Assembly: GCA_010356995.1 (NCBI GenBank)
Contig: ML996702.1
Span: forward strand, 62,001 to 126,000
Reading direction: 5' to 3'
Origin: Trichodelitschia bisporula
Lineage: Eukaryota
DNA length: 64,000 nucleotides
Below the pieces are notes generated by a model, which was not told where the DNA came from, did not search any database, and saw nothing but the letters and a program-made list of their open reading frames with translations. The position numbers and the translations under genes are program-made. Shown here one piece after another: positions 35,146-45,443 of the stretch (position 1 is the first letter of the stretch; the number at the start of each line of letters is the position of its first letter).

Positions 35146-36848
35146 ATGGGGTGGATAGAGCGGCTCAGGAAGAAATGGCGTTCTTCCTCCTGGCCTGCAC
35201 TTGAGGAACCTCCGCGGACACACTCCCGCCTGCCGCCGCGGTTAGCCTTCCTCCGCTGGCGAGTGCGACTAAGAAGGGTGTCGGTGCCAGTCGGAGTGCT
35301 TGCTTTTCCGCCATTGATCCTCCTAATTGTAATACTCACTCTTCTCTTGCGACATACCGACACTCCGGGCCGGGTTCTCATGCAGACTGGATCGCCGCCG
35401 GCAATAAGGTAAGATTGCGCCGCGATGCATGCTGCCTCATACTAAAGCTCGCAGACGCATCAGCGAAAAGTACGACAAGGTTTTCTATACGGGATGTCTT
35501 GCACCGGAGATTCAGGCAAAGGAGCCTCGCGCCAACGCCGCCTTCGTTGTTCTCGCGCGGAACAAGGAATTGGACGGTGTGATTCAGTCCATCAAGTCCA
35601 TCGAACGGCACTTTAACCGCTGGTTCCACTACCCCTACGTCTTCCTCAACGACGGCGACTTCAATTCCACTTTCAAGGAAGTTGTCCGCAACTACACGAG
35701 CGCTCCGGTGGAGTTTGGAAAGCTGGATCCTTCAATGTGGGGCTACCCGGACTGGGTTGACAAGGAGGTTGCTCGTGAGGGCATCCGGAAGCAGGGTGAT
35801 GCGGCTATCATGTACGGTGGCATGGAGAGCTACCATCACATGTGCCGCTTCTATTCTGGGTTCGTTTTATGACCCTTTGGCCGAGCTTCACTCACAGTGG
35901 CAGATTCTTCTACAAGCATCCCCTTCTTGACAAGTACAAGTGGTATTGGAGACTGGAGCCCGAGATCAAGTACTTCTGTGACATTACCTAGTAAGTATCA
36001 TCCTGCTAAGTCGTTGCCAAACAACTGACTCCGCAGTGATCCCTTTGTCAAAATGGAACAGGCAAACAAGACGTATGGCTTTACCATTGCCGTCAAGGAA
36101 CTCAAGGAGACCGTCCCGAACATCTTCCGATACGCGTCGGCGTACAAGCGCATCAACAACATCACATCGACGGGACTCTGGGAGATGTTCACGGAGAAGA
36201 AGAAGAAGGGTGACAAGAAGGAGAAGCTGCCGAAGGACGACCCAAAGTACAAGAAGCCTCTCCCGGAGGAGATATTGAACACGGAACCGGGCGCCGGGTC
36301 GCTTCCCGACATCCACCCCGACGCCATGGAGGGTGAGTCGTACAACATGTGCCACTTTTGGAGTAACTTCGAGATTGCGCGCCTGGACTGGTTCAGGAGC
36401 AAGGAATACAACGAATTCTTTGATATGATGGATCACAGCGGCGGCTTCTGGATGGAACGGGTATGGCCTTCTTCTAAGCGCTGATGATGAATGCTAACGA
36501 GTTTAGTGGGGCGATGCGCCGATTCACTCCTTGGCTGCTGGAGCGCTCTTGAGTCCGTCTGACATCCACTACTTCCGCGACTTTGGTTACCGGCACACGA
36601 CCATTCAGCACTGCCCGGCCAACGCGCCTGCCCGCCAGCTGCCTCACATTCCCTACCTCGAGCAGACGACGGTTGACGAGAAGAAGCGCATTGAAGAGGA
36701 CGAGTACTGGGCGACTCCGGACCGCGAGCGGGAGAACGGCGTGGGCTGCCGCTGCCGCTGCGACACGGACATTGTGGACGTGGAAGGCAAGGAGGGCAGC
36801 TGTCTCGCGGAGTGGGTGGAGGTGGCCGGCGGATGGTCGTCACCGTAG
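35146..36848 (+). CDS. KRE2/KTR-family alpha-1,2-mannosyltransferase (GT15), Ktr5/Ktr7-like, 5 exons
   Basis: N-terminal TM, then ANAAFVVLARN, FNRWFHYPYVFLND, ESYHHMCRFYSG, YWRLEP, YNMCHFWSNFEIA, GGFWMER|WGDAPIHS, GVGCRCRC. Confidence 0.94.
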
Positions 36849-38027
36849 TGGATTTGTAGCGTTGGGAGGGGCAAGCGGAGCGTATCTGCCGTCGGAAGTG
36901 GGCTTATGGGACCTGATTTCACGTCTGTTCTGACCATTGGAGCGGAGTTTGTGGGGATGGATACCTGTATTCTCTGTATATCTTTTGTCTTTTGAGAATT
37001 GCTCAGCTGGGATGGGGGGCGGGGTCCGAGGGCATCCTCTAGCCAGTGCATAGTAAGTGGTATTTTGACGAAATAGACGGGAACTGTTGTTGCTGCATAC
37101 TGAATGCATGGTGTAAACGGATATGTGTTAGCGAATTCGGAGGTTGTGACGGATCGGAAACGCCAAATCGGATGGACGCTGGGTGAGTCACGTAGCTGAG
37201 GCGGCAAGCTAGGAAGAAGAGAGCCGCCGAATGGATGATACCAGCGTAATGCTACAGTAGAGTTGATATGGAACCGTGGTAACAGCGAAGGCCGATGGGA
37301 TATCTATTCCATGGGTATCATTGAGGGGGTGATACCGGCCAGTGACGGAACGGGATGATTGATGCTTGGCGTGCCGCTCTCCGCCCAGCGACTCATCGGA
37401 CCCCGCCATTTCCTACCACTATTGACCAAGGACCCAAACACCTGCGTCTGCCTGCAAGTGAACGTGACACTTGACAAGTACAATAAGCAACGTTACTCTT
37501 GTTGTTGTTGCCTTTAAGCCTCTTCTCTTCTCTCTCCCATTCAGCTCTTCCCTTCACACTCTCACAGCTTCCCTCCTTATCTCGTAACCTCCACCATCCA
37601 CGCTCTAGCAAGTATCCCGACGCTACCTGCACCTGCCAACGAAGACACAACGGAGCCTGGTCGAATCAGAGGGCTCCCTCGCTCGGCCACACCCCCCCGG
37701 TCTGGTGCCTACGTGCCTACGTACATCTGCCTCAACTACTCACCCCTCCCCGCTTCTGTGCCCGGCCTTAATCACCACAACACAACGCCATCCATCTGGC
37801 CTCAACAGCTGGTTTACTCACCACTTAAGCAAGAGAATCAAGATCAAAGGAGTACGCTTCTCCCTCTTCTCCCTCCGTTCCAGACGTGATATCCTGCTGC
37901 TCATCTCTCACCCCTCCCTTTGCCGCCCGCGTCGTCCTCCACTCCCCGCACTACCCCCTCCCCCCCCCTCCCCCCACACTCACCTCAACCTCCCCGTCCG
38001 CAGCCTTACCTCCCAACTGCTGACTCG

Positions 38028-40475
38028 ATGGAAGCTTCACAGCACATTCCCGAGCCGGACACTCATCCTGTCCACCACTTTGCCTTTCCTTCACTCGAGA
38101 CTGAAGGCGAAGTCGCCGATATCGTCTCGGAAGCTCTTGAGATGACACGCCCACCACTCGAGCGTCTCCCGAGCGATGCTCACTCGTCGCTCGACGATTC
38201 CTCTTATGACATACTCACCGACTCGTCTCTGCTCTCAGACGATGAAGCCCATACCGAGTCTCTGGCGTCCTGTTCGGTGGACGAGCATAATGCCAGCGAC
38301 GTCTCGAGCATCAACTCCGAGTCGGATGATGAGGCCGACGGGCTGCAGAACTCGGAAGAAGGCGGCCTCTCGCAAGCAGGAACGGCTGCCTCCTTCCTGC
38401 AGCCTGAGAACACTATTGTAGACAGTGGCATGACGGTTCGGACGGTTCAGTCTTCGGATTCAGCCAACTACCTTGAGTTCTCCGAGGATTTGGAGTCTGG
38501 ACCCGCCACGGGTGAGATGCACTTGGTGCACTGCATCCATTCCATCTCCATGGAACAAGTGCCGCGTGAACTGGCGGGCTATGGGTCGTCCCGCGTCGGG
38601 GTTTCCGTCTATCAAACAATATCCGAGTCGACGTTCAAGTGCGAAGGCCGCTTCCGGATTCTGTTTGTTGGTCAGTATAACCACTATGCTCGGCCTCAAG
38701 TCATTGCGCACCTTGCGAGCGCCCTCAACGCTGGCCATGCCACTGAGGACGAGGGCTCGGTGGAGTCGTCGGGAGTGACGGTCATGCGGCTGTCCTGGCC
38801 GTCGGAGACGAAAGGAATGAGTCAAACTCCCGTCTCGAGTTCGCCGGACGTCGACATCGTGGTTGATCGGTGCAACGGCGCCGTGGAAGCGGAGAACATT
38901 GAGCTGACGGTCAATGAAACGACTCGCATTCAGATCTCGGGCGGCCAGGCTTTCGAGCTGTCGGACGATTCTCCCGTTCTCTACCCCACGTGGAATCTCG
39001 TCGTTTTCTTGCATCCCTCTCCCGCCGAGGTTCCCATGCATGAAGCGGACGCGCATGACAACTACTTCCGGCTCGTCCGGCATGCAATGCAGTCGTGCAA
39101 CATACCTATGCTTGATATCTCAGAGTATCCGCTCTTTCAGGCTGCTCCCATGTCATACACCTACCGGAAGAGGAGCCTCCACCTCCTCGTAACATGCAAA
39201 GACGACCGTCCGTTTGTCACTCGGGTGGAGGAGCTGCTGCCGGTTGATCTGGACACGTTCCTTAGCATCGATCCTAACCTGCTGAACCGGCACCTGGCTA
39301 GCATCATACAGGGCAGCTCGACTTCCCCGTTATCTTCGCAGCATATCCCAGCAGCCAAGGAGGATACTACATCTCACCGCTCTGGCCTCCTCTCCTTGGG
39401 CAAGGATGCCATTCGGCACTCGAGCAAGGCTTGCAAAGCTCGCTATTTGGCCCTCTCCGTGAGAGAAACAATCGGAGTCCTGGGCTTACTGGCACTTCTC
39501 CTGAGCGGTATCGGATGGAATCTGACGATGCAGCACTTTGGCGGCAAATCTACCGACCACGGTGTCATGAAATGCGAGGACTTTATAACAGAACCATTCT
39601 CGATCTTGCCTCCTCCAAGCACCACCTCGCGCTCTCTGACTAGCAGCGCAGCCCCCATACCCCTGGAGACCGAGATCAGGCCGAAGCCCGAAGTAGCCAT
39701 CGTGCCCGAGCAGAAGTCTTTGGGCAAGGTCTTGACCGATTTTGTGACGCCCCTTGATCCGTCTCCCGGCATGTTCCAGGTCGAAAAACTCAACGCAACA
39801 CACCTGTCGCTGGTGCCCGAGCCGCCGATGAAGATCAAGAAGGGTCACCAGCTGTCAGTGCTCGTCTCGCGGGATTCTGAGCCGGTGAAGATGGATTTGA
39901 CGCCCTCTAACGATACCTTTGCCTACATTGTCACGCTCCCGCGCGAGGAGGCATACGGCCAGGTCGACGTGACGGTCCGGTGGATGGCGAACAGGGCCCG
40001 ATCGGAGCAGGTAGCACATTTCGATCTCGGCTCCCGCTGGTTCAAGGCTGCCGCATGGTCCCGGACTGCCTGTGACATCGGCAAGGCGATCCAGAGCGAT
40101 TTGGTCCTGGTCCAATCCAGCGCGAAAGACATCTCGGTGCGCGTGAGTTCCAACATTCATGACACGGTCGGCTTCCTGCATCGCAGTGTCAAGGAGCAGG
40201 CTGCCGACGCGAAGGCGCCTGCCGACAAGGGACGGAAGCGCTACACCCCGATTTCGAAGCGCATTGGGCTGAGCGCACGCACCATCCGCGAGGCTGCGCG
40301 GCGACCATTTATCGGCATGTACGAAACGCTGCGCAGCACGGGACCCCATTTCGTCCCAACCCAGCCAGTGGCCAAGTCGGAGCCCCTCAAGCGCGCCAGT
40401 CACAACGCTCGCGACCTTTGGGATAAGCTAAAGGCGCGTGGGAAGGAGGGAATACGGCCGGTGGCGATTGTCTGA
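38028..40475 (+). CDS. Uncharacterised ~815-aa single-pass membrane protein with acidic Ser-rich N-terminus
   Basis: Long intronless ORF with ATG at 38028 after a CT-rich leader. Globular alpha/beta-looking middle region (FRILFVGQ...LVVFLH), one hydrophobic segment (IGVLGLLALLLSGIGW), beta-rich C-terminal part. Confidence 0.8.
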   Translation: MEASQHIPEPDTHPVHHFAFPSLETEGEVADIVSEALEMTRPPLERLPSDAHSSLDDSSYDILTDSSLLSDDEAHTESLASCSVDEHNASDVSSINSESDDEADGLQNSEEGGLSQAGTAASFLQPENTIVDSGMTVRTVQSSDSANYLEFSEDLESGPATGEMHLVHCIHSISMEQVPRELAGYGSSRVGVSVYQTISESTFKCEGRFRILFVGQYNHYARPQVIAHLASALNAGHATEDEGSVESSGVTVMRLSWPSETKGMSQTPVSSSPDVDIVVDRCNGAVEAENIELTVNETTRIQISGGQAFELSDDSPVLYPTWNLVVFLHPSPAEVPMHEADAHDNYFRLVRHAMQSCNIPMLDISEYPLFQAAPMSYTYRKRSLHLLVTCKDDRPFVTRVEELLPVDLDTFLSIDPNLLNRHLASIIQGSSTSPLSSQHIPAAKEDTTSHRSGLLSLGKDAIRHSSKACKARYLALSVRETIGVLGLLALLLSGIGWNLTMQHFGGKSTDHGVMKCEDFITEPFSILPPPSTTSRSLTSSAAPIPLETEIRPKPEVAIVPEQKSLGKVLTDFVTPLDPSPGMFQVEKLNATHLSLVPEPPMKIKKGHQLSVLVSRDSEPVKMDLTPSNDTFAYIVTLPREEAYGQVDVTVRWMANRARSEQVAHFDLGSRWFKAAAWSRTACDIGKAIQSDLVLVQSSAKDISVRVSSNIHDTVGFLHRSVKEQAADAKAPADKGRKRYTPISKRIGLSARTIREAARRPFIGMYETLRSTGPHFVPTQPVAKSEPLKRASHNARDLWDKLKARGKEGIRPVAIV

Positions 40476-41243
40476 AGAGGTCCATGGGAAGTGCAAGGTA
40501 CAGTACTTTGGCGTTTAAGGTGGATATGGGCGGACATGTTATTCTGCATCCAGAGCGGGGGTTGGGGTTCGGCGGCGCGTCGGGTAGCTGGCGGGACCCT
40601 CGGGTGCTCTCTCATATCGGATCTGGGGCTTTCAACCCCCGCGTGTTTCGCTCTCTTGCCTGGAGGCTGGCGTCGAGTGTGAGTGTTGGTGTTTTTGCTC
40701 CGACATAGCTTTCGCTGCTTAGCTAGGGATTAATGGGGCCGGTTAACGGTAGGGATGGAGAGGCTATAGAAATCATTGATTTTGGGGCGCGCGCGTTATC
40801 CCTCGTTTCTGAATGGTGAATCATTGAGAGATGAAAGATTTTCCCGAAGAGGCTTTTGTCGACATCTTGGGAATATCACGTGGGTAGTAGGCGCGGGGGG
40901 GCGAGGGAAACCGTTAGGCAACGTTCCACGCGGTAGGGAGAAGAAAAGTAACTGCCTTCCTCTCCCCCCCACTCTGGCCAGCCACTGGCTCAAGCAGTAT
41001 GCAACAACTTTCAAGTCCTCTTCGAGTTTGGGAGGCAGCAACCGCCAAGCCAACCGAGCAGCCAGTTTCGCTGGCGGTGGTCTGTGCGCGCAGGTTGCGT
41101 TAGAGGGTGCCTGACAGGCACAACGGAATTTCTAACCCCACACTTTTGCCCCTCCTTCCCTTATCTGAGAACCTTCGACTTGCTCGCCGTCGAAAAACCA
41201 TCTACCCCACATCGCACACTTTACATACCGCAAGCAAACCATT

Positions 41244-42124
41244 ATGGCTGACACCGAGACGAAGAAAGACGCGCCTCCCGCCGCTGCTCCGGCCGCCGAG
41301 ACCAGCACGACTGCCGAGCCTGCTGCGGAGGGAGAGAAGAAGTCCGCTGTCCAGGGCAACGTCTTTTCCATGTTCGGTGGCGGGCCAAAGCGCGAGAAGA
41401 AGGAGGATGAAGAGCCTGTCAACGAGCGATCTGGATCGTCTAAGGCGACGAAGGCTAAGGAGGACGAGGTAAGTCGCACGATCTCACCCCACTTTTTGTT
41501 TGCGTTGAGCGCAGTCACTGACGTCTACTAGGAGGACAAGCCGGATGAGGCCGAGCCCGACGTTCACTTCGAGCCGGTCGTGCACCTGACGCAGAAGGTC
41601 GACACGAAGACGAACGAGGAGTCTGAGGAGCAGGTATTCAAGATGCGTGCGAAGCTGTTCAAGTTCGACCGCGAGACGCGCGAGTGGAAGGAGCGGGGCA
41701 CGGGCGACGTTCGTCTGCTGAAGCACAAGGAGAACGGCAAGACGCGCCTAGTCATGCGCCGTGATAAGACGCTCAAGGTCTGCGCCAACCACTACAGTTA
41801 GTGCCCTTGTCGTTTGCGTTGGGGACCTAGCTAATGACGCCGCAGTTGTTCCCGACATGAAGCTCTCGCCCAACGTTGGTAGTGACCGTAGCTGGGTTTG
41901 GAATGCGGCTGCCGATGTCAGCGAGGGTGAGCCGGAGGCTCAGACGCTTGCTATTCGGTTTGCCAACAGCGACAGTGAGTTTTTGCCGAAATTTGACTCG
42001 TTCGCACACACTAACACCAAATACAGACGCCAACGCATTCAAGGAGGCCTTCCTCAAGGCTCAGCAGGACAACCAGGCTCTGTTCGGCGCTACTAAGCCC
42101 GAGGCTGCGTCCACGTCCGCGTAG
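41244..42124 (+). CDS. YRB1: Ran-binding protein 1 (RanBD1 domain), 4 exons
   Basis: [10 protein letters not shown]...[20 protein letters not shown]...[15 protein letters not shown]...[36 protein letters not shown]...[18 protein letters not shown]. Confidence 0.96.
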
Positions 42125-42764
42125 ATGTGGATGTAGAAGCTTGAGCTAGATTCCAACCACGATCCATTCAGTGCACTCAGAACAGATGTAGCTTGACGGC
42201 AAAGACCATTCCCCCTTTATACTACACCTCAGTTCTTGATGCACTTGATTACCCAAATCCTTCCCAACCCCCATCTCCCCATCTCATACACGACGCACGT
42301 ATCTCAGTTGAACTTTACGGTCAAAAGCCATCACCATCACTTGCAGCAGTTGAGCCCTTGAGGGTATTGACTTTGGTAGCGACGGGACTTAGCGTGGTGG
42401 ATGAGAGTAGATAGAACAGCTCTGTACTTAGTTTAAAGGTCGACGACCGAAATTAAGTCCAGCTTCAGCATATCTTTGTCTGGTGTGTATGCCGCCGGCA
42501 TCTTTCTCATCAAAGCGGTGTGGCTCCTGGGTGGCTGCCTTTTTGATACTGCCGGCCCGTGCTGCCGCGCCCGCCTTTGGCGTTGACCTTTATGCTCGCC
42601 TTGGCTCAGAACCCCGAACTCCACCACCCAAATCGCAGCACACTCAAACTCCACCACCACTGACTTCTACTCCCACCAATCTGTTCCCACCCACGGACGG
42701 CTTACTACCCTTTTACGACCCCAAACATACACACAGAACCGTCACAGCCACCCCCCCCGCTACA

Positions 42765-43826
42765 ATGCCTGAGGTGAGCAAGCGCGTCCGCGCGGGGTTC
42801 GTCGTGACGCGTCTGGCCCCGCGACTGACTCTGGATGGAGCTAAATTTTGCGGCAGGTCAAACGTACGGTCAAGCTCATTACTACCCAGCGCATCATGTA
42901 TGTGACGCCGGTCTCCGCCGACAGTACCTTTCCTCGTCCACTGTTCTTCTCCTACCTTTCCTCCCCTTACAAACCATACTCTCCCGCCAACCCCGCTCTA
43001 TGCGCCATGTGCACGGATCTGCGATGCTGACCTGGACACAGCGACAAGCCCTCGGGCGTTGAAGGTTTCCCGCTTCGTGCATGGAGCATCGAGCTCTACC
43101 TCGTCAACGATCAGGGCGAGGATGTGCCCGCGACCATCTTCGAGAAGGTGACGTACGAGCTGCATCCGAGCTTCGAGAAGCGTGCGAAGCAAAGTAAGCG
43201 AGCCCCAGCCTGTACCTGGTGGAAGAAGCGGCGCTAAGGTGTTTGCAGCGTTCAAGAAGCCGCCCTTCCGTATCGAGGAGGAGGGTTGGGGCGAGTTCGA
43301 TCTCTCGATCCATTGCTCGCCTGTTGGTCGTGGCCCCGAGCAGGCCATGAACCATGATCTCAACTTCCAGAAGGAGCGCTACGAGGCCATCCATATCCTG
43401 GTATGTGTGGGTGCCGATGATAGCTGGCGCTGGCTGATATCCGCAGGCCTTCAAGAACCCGAAGCCCGAGCTACTGGCCTTGCTGGCGGAGTCGGGCCCG
43501 ACGGGCGTCGAGAACGGGGTAAAGAAGACGCCGGCCGAGCCTAAGAAGCGCGGCCGCAAGGACAAGACGATTGATCTGGAGAAGCTGGCCGACGGCATGC
43601 AGAAGCTGGTCGAGGACGATCTGCTTCAGGTGGTCCAGATGATCCATGACAACAAGTCGCCCGAGACATACACTAAGAGCGACTCCGAAAGTGAGCACCA
43701 TTCCTACCTTGTGGCTGAGATTTCTTACACCCTCCAGTGGGCGAGTTTCACGTCGACCTCTACACACTGCCTGACAACGCTATCAAGATACTCTGGGATT
43801 TTGTCACTTCAAAGGTGGATGTCTAG
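42765..43826 (+). CDS. TAF14: YEATS + ET domain protein Taf14/Anc1/Tfg3, 6 exons
   Basis: MPE|VKRTVKLITTQ...EGFPLRAWSIE...KVTYELHPSF...PPFRIEEEGWGEFDL...IDLEKLADGMQKLVEDDLLQVVQMIHDNK...GEFHVDLYTLPD. Confidence 0.95.
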
Positions 43827-44308
43827 CTACCGCAGACACATCCGATGCTTGCGGCTCGCTAATATCCCGCTCAATAGTCGCTCATGTCACCGTCCATACC
43901 CCACCTTCGCCGTACACTCCCGAAGTTGACATGACTTAAGTTCATCGGACGATGAGGGATCCATACGCAAGCGTCGTAGGGTTCGCTGAGCGGATTGCAT
44001 ACTGTGTGTGGGCAGGGACCTTAGTTAGGGTAACTTGTGCGTTTGGGGTGTGCTTTGTCGTCTATCACTGGTGTTGAGTGTATATTGTGTGGTTTATGTG
44101 CAGCGCTCTTTTTACTTGTCACTATTGTGGAAAGGGGGCGGTTAAGGACTCTTTGGCTAGGCGTCTGGCGAAGGGTGGTGTGTGCTGCCAGCGCTGTTGC
44201 TGTTGGTGCTGTTGCGCTTATTTTTTCTATCATTGTGTGTTGTGTGTACGAAAAGTTGGTGGGTCGGGTGCGGGCTTGACGGGAGACGCGGGTGTATGAG
44301 GGGATAGC

Positions 44309-44621
44309 GCATCTCTAGGGTGCCCGGGTAATCATGGATTCGCGTATGGATTGACTTCGAGTGGGTTTTGGTGTTGTTCCAATGCAGCGATCTGGCAGAC
44401 TCTTAATATGACGTTGAGGTAGGGAACCGTCCTTTGTTCGACCTCAAGTCTCCATGGGCCATGGGGAATGGCATCGCTAGGATGCGAGGGTAATCATGGA
44501 TTGACTGCAATTGGGTTTTGGTGTTGTTGTAATGGAGCGCTCCATCAGACTCCTATGCAATCTGACGTTGAGGCAGGGAACCGTCCTTTGTTCGACCTCA
44601 AGGCTTCACGCATCATGGGGA
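44309..44621. repeat. Imperfect tandem duplication of a ~160-bp non-coding unit
   Basis: Unit 1 44309-44470, unit 2 44471-44621. Shared blocks GGGTAATCATGGATT, TGGGTTTTGGTGTTGTT and a 40-nt core TGACGTTGAGG(T/C)AGGGAACCGTCCTTTGTTCGACCTCAAG (39/40 identical). Confidence 0.9.
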
Positions 44622-45443
44622 CCAACAAAGAGGTTACAGCGAATGCCTTTACTAAGAGGTTACAGTAAAGGGGTTTGGTGGACAGTACTCCGCACAGGAG
44701 ATTATCGCGTAGCAGTTACCTTTTTTATTGAATAGAAGCCTTAACCTGCCGGCTCCGCCCGGGTAGGCGAGGATAGAGGATATCTGATAGCGCGACTCCT
44801 AAGATGCGGCATATTTGACGGTTTGTGATGATGACGCTTCCGACGCGATGTTAGCTCTAGACCTAGAACGCTTTGCTGCACGGTGACATCGTTAGAGGCA
44901 CGGGTGGGTTCCTTCCCGTCCCCGGCCCGGCGGGAAGCTGGGCACTGAGCTCTTGGCCCGGGCGCGGGCATGCCACGCCGAACCACCAAAAGCCCCCATG
45001 GCAGATCTACAGACGCATTCCTCAACGTCTAGCTCAACTGCTCTCCGATAAGCCACCATTGCTTACCATCTTCACGCAATTCTTGCAGCATCATTTACTC
45101 CACCATAACTCCGCGACTGACACCCTAGAGTTTGTTGTGTTGGTTACCCTACGCTTATCGAATCTCACTCACGCTTCGTCCGTGGCACTCTCCGGGTCCA
45201 CCGAGTGATTTCCGGGGTCCCGCCGTTACCCCCCTGCGAGAGCCTCAGCGCGCTCGACCACCCCGATTACCCCAAATCTTCCGCGCTGGCAATCGCGTTG
45301 TCGCATTCTCACGAACCTCACTCCAGCGCACCGGGGCATTCGATGATGAGCCAGCTCTTGGATTCTAGAGGACGCATTCGGTCCGCCCAGCTGCCTGTCT
45401 CGACGTCTCTTACTCCTTCGCCGCCGCTTCCAGCAGCTTGACC

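Noticed and set aside
29291..36848. GT8 + carrier + secreted protein + GT15 as a biosynthetic gene cluster
   Set aside because: No backbone enzyme or cluster regulator; the neighbours are ordinary conserved genes in different compartments, so adjacency alone is not evidence.
43824..43862. TAG-CTA readthrough context at the TAF14 stop
   Set aside because: The extension LPQTHPMLAAR has no PTS1 or other signal, and the efficient motif is TGA-CTA.
44021..44034. TTAGTTAGGGTAA as a telomere repeat or telomerase RNA template
   Set aside because: Single unit without the expected TAACCCTAA-type template; it lies in the TAF14 3' flank.
44436..44446. GTTCGACC as a tRNA T-loop or Pol III B-box
   Set aside because: Imperfect B-box; no cloverleaf or A-box could be built around it.
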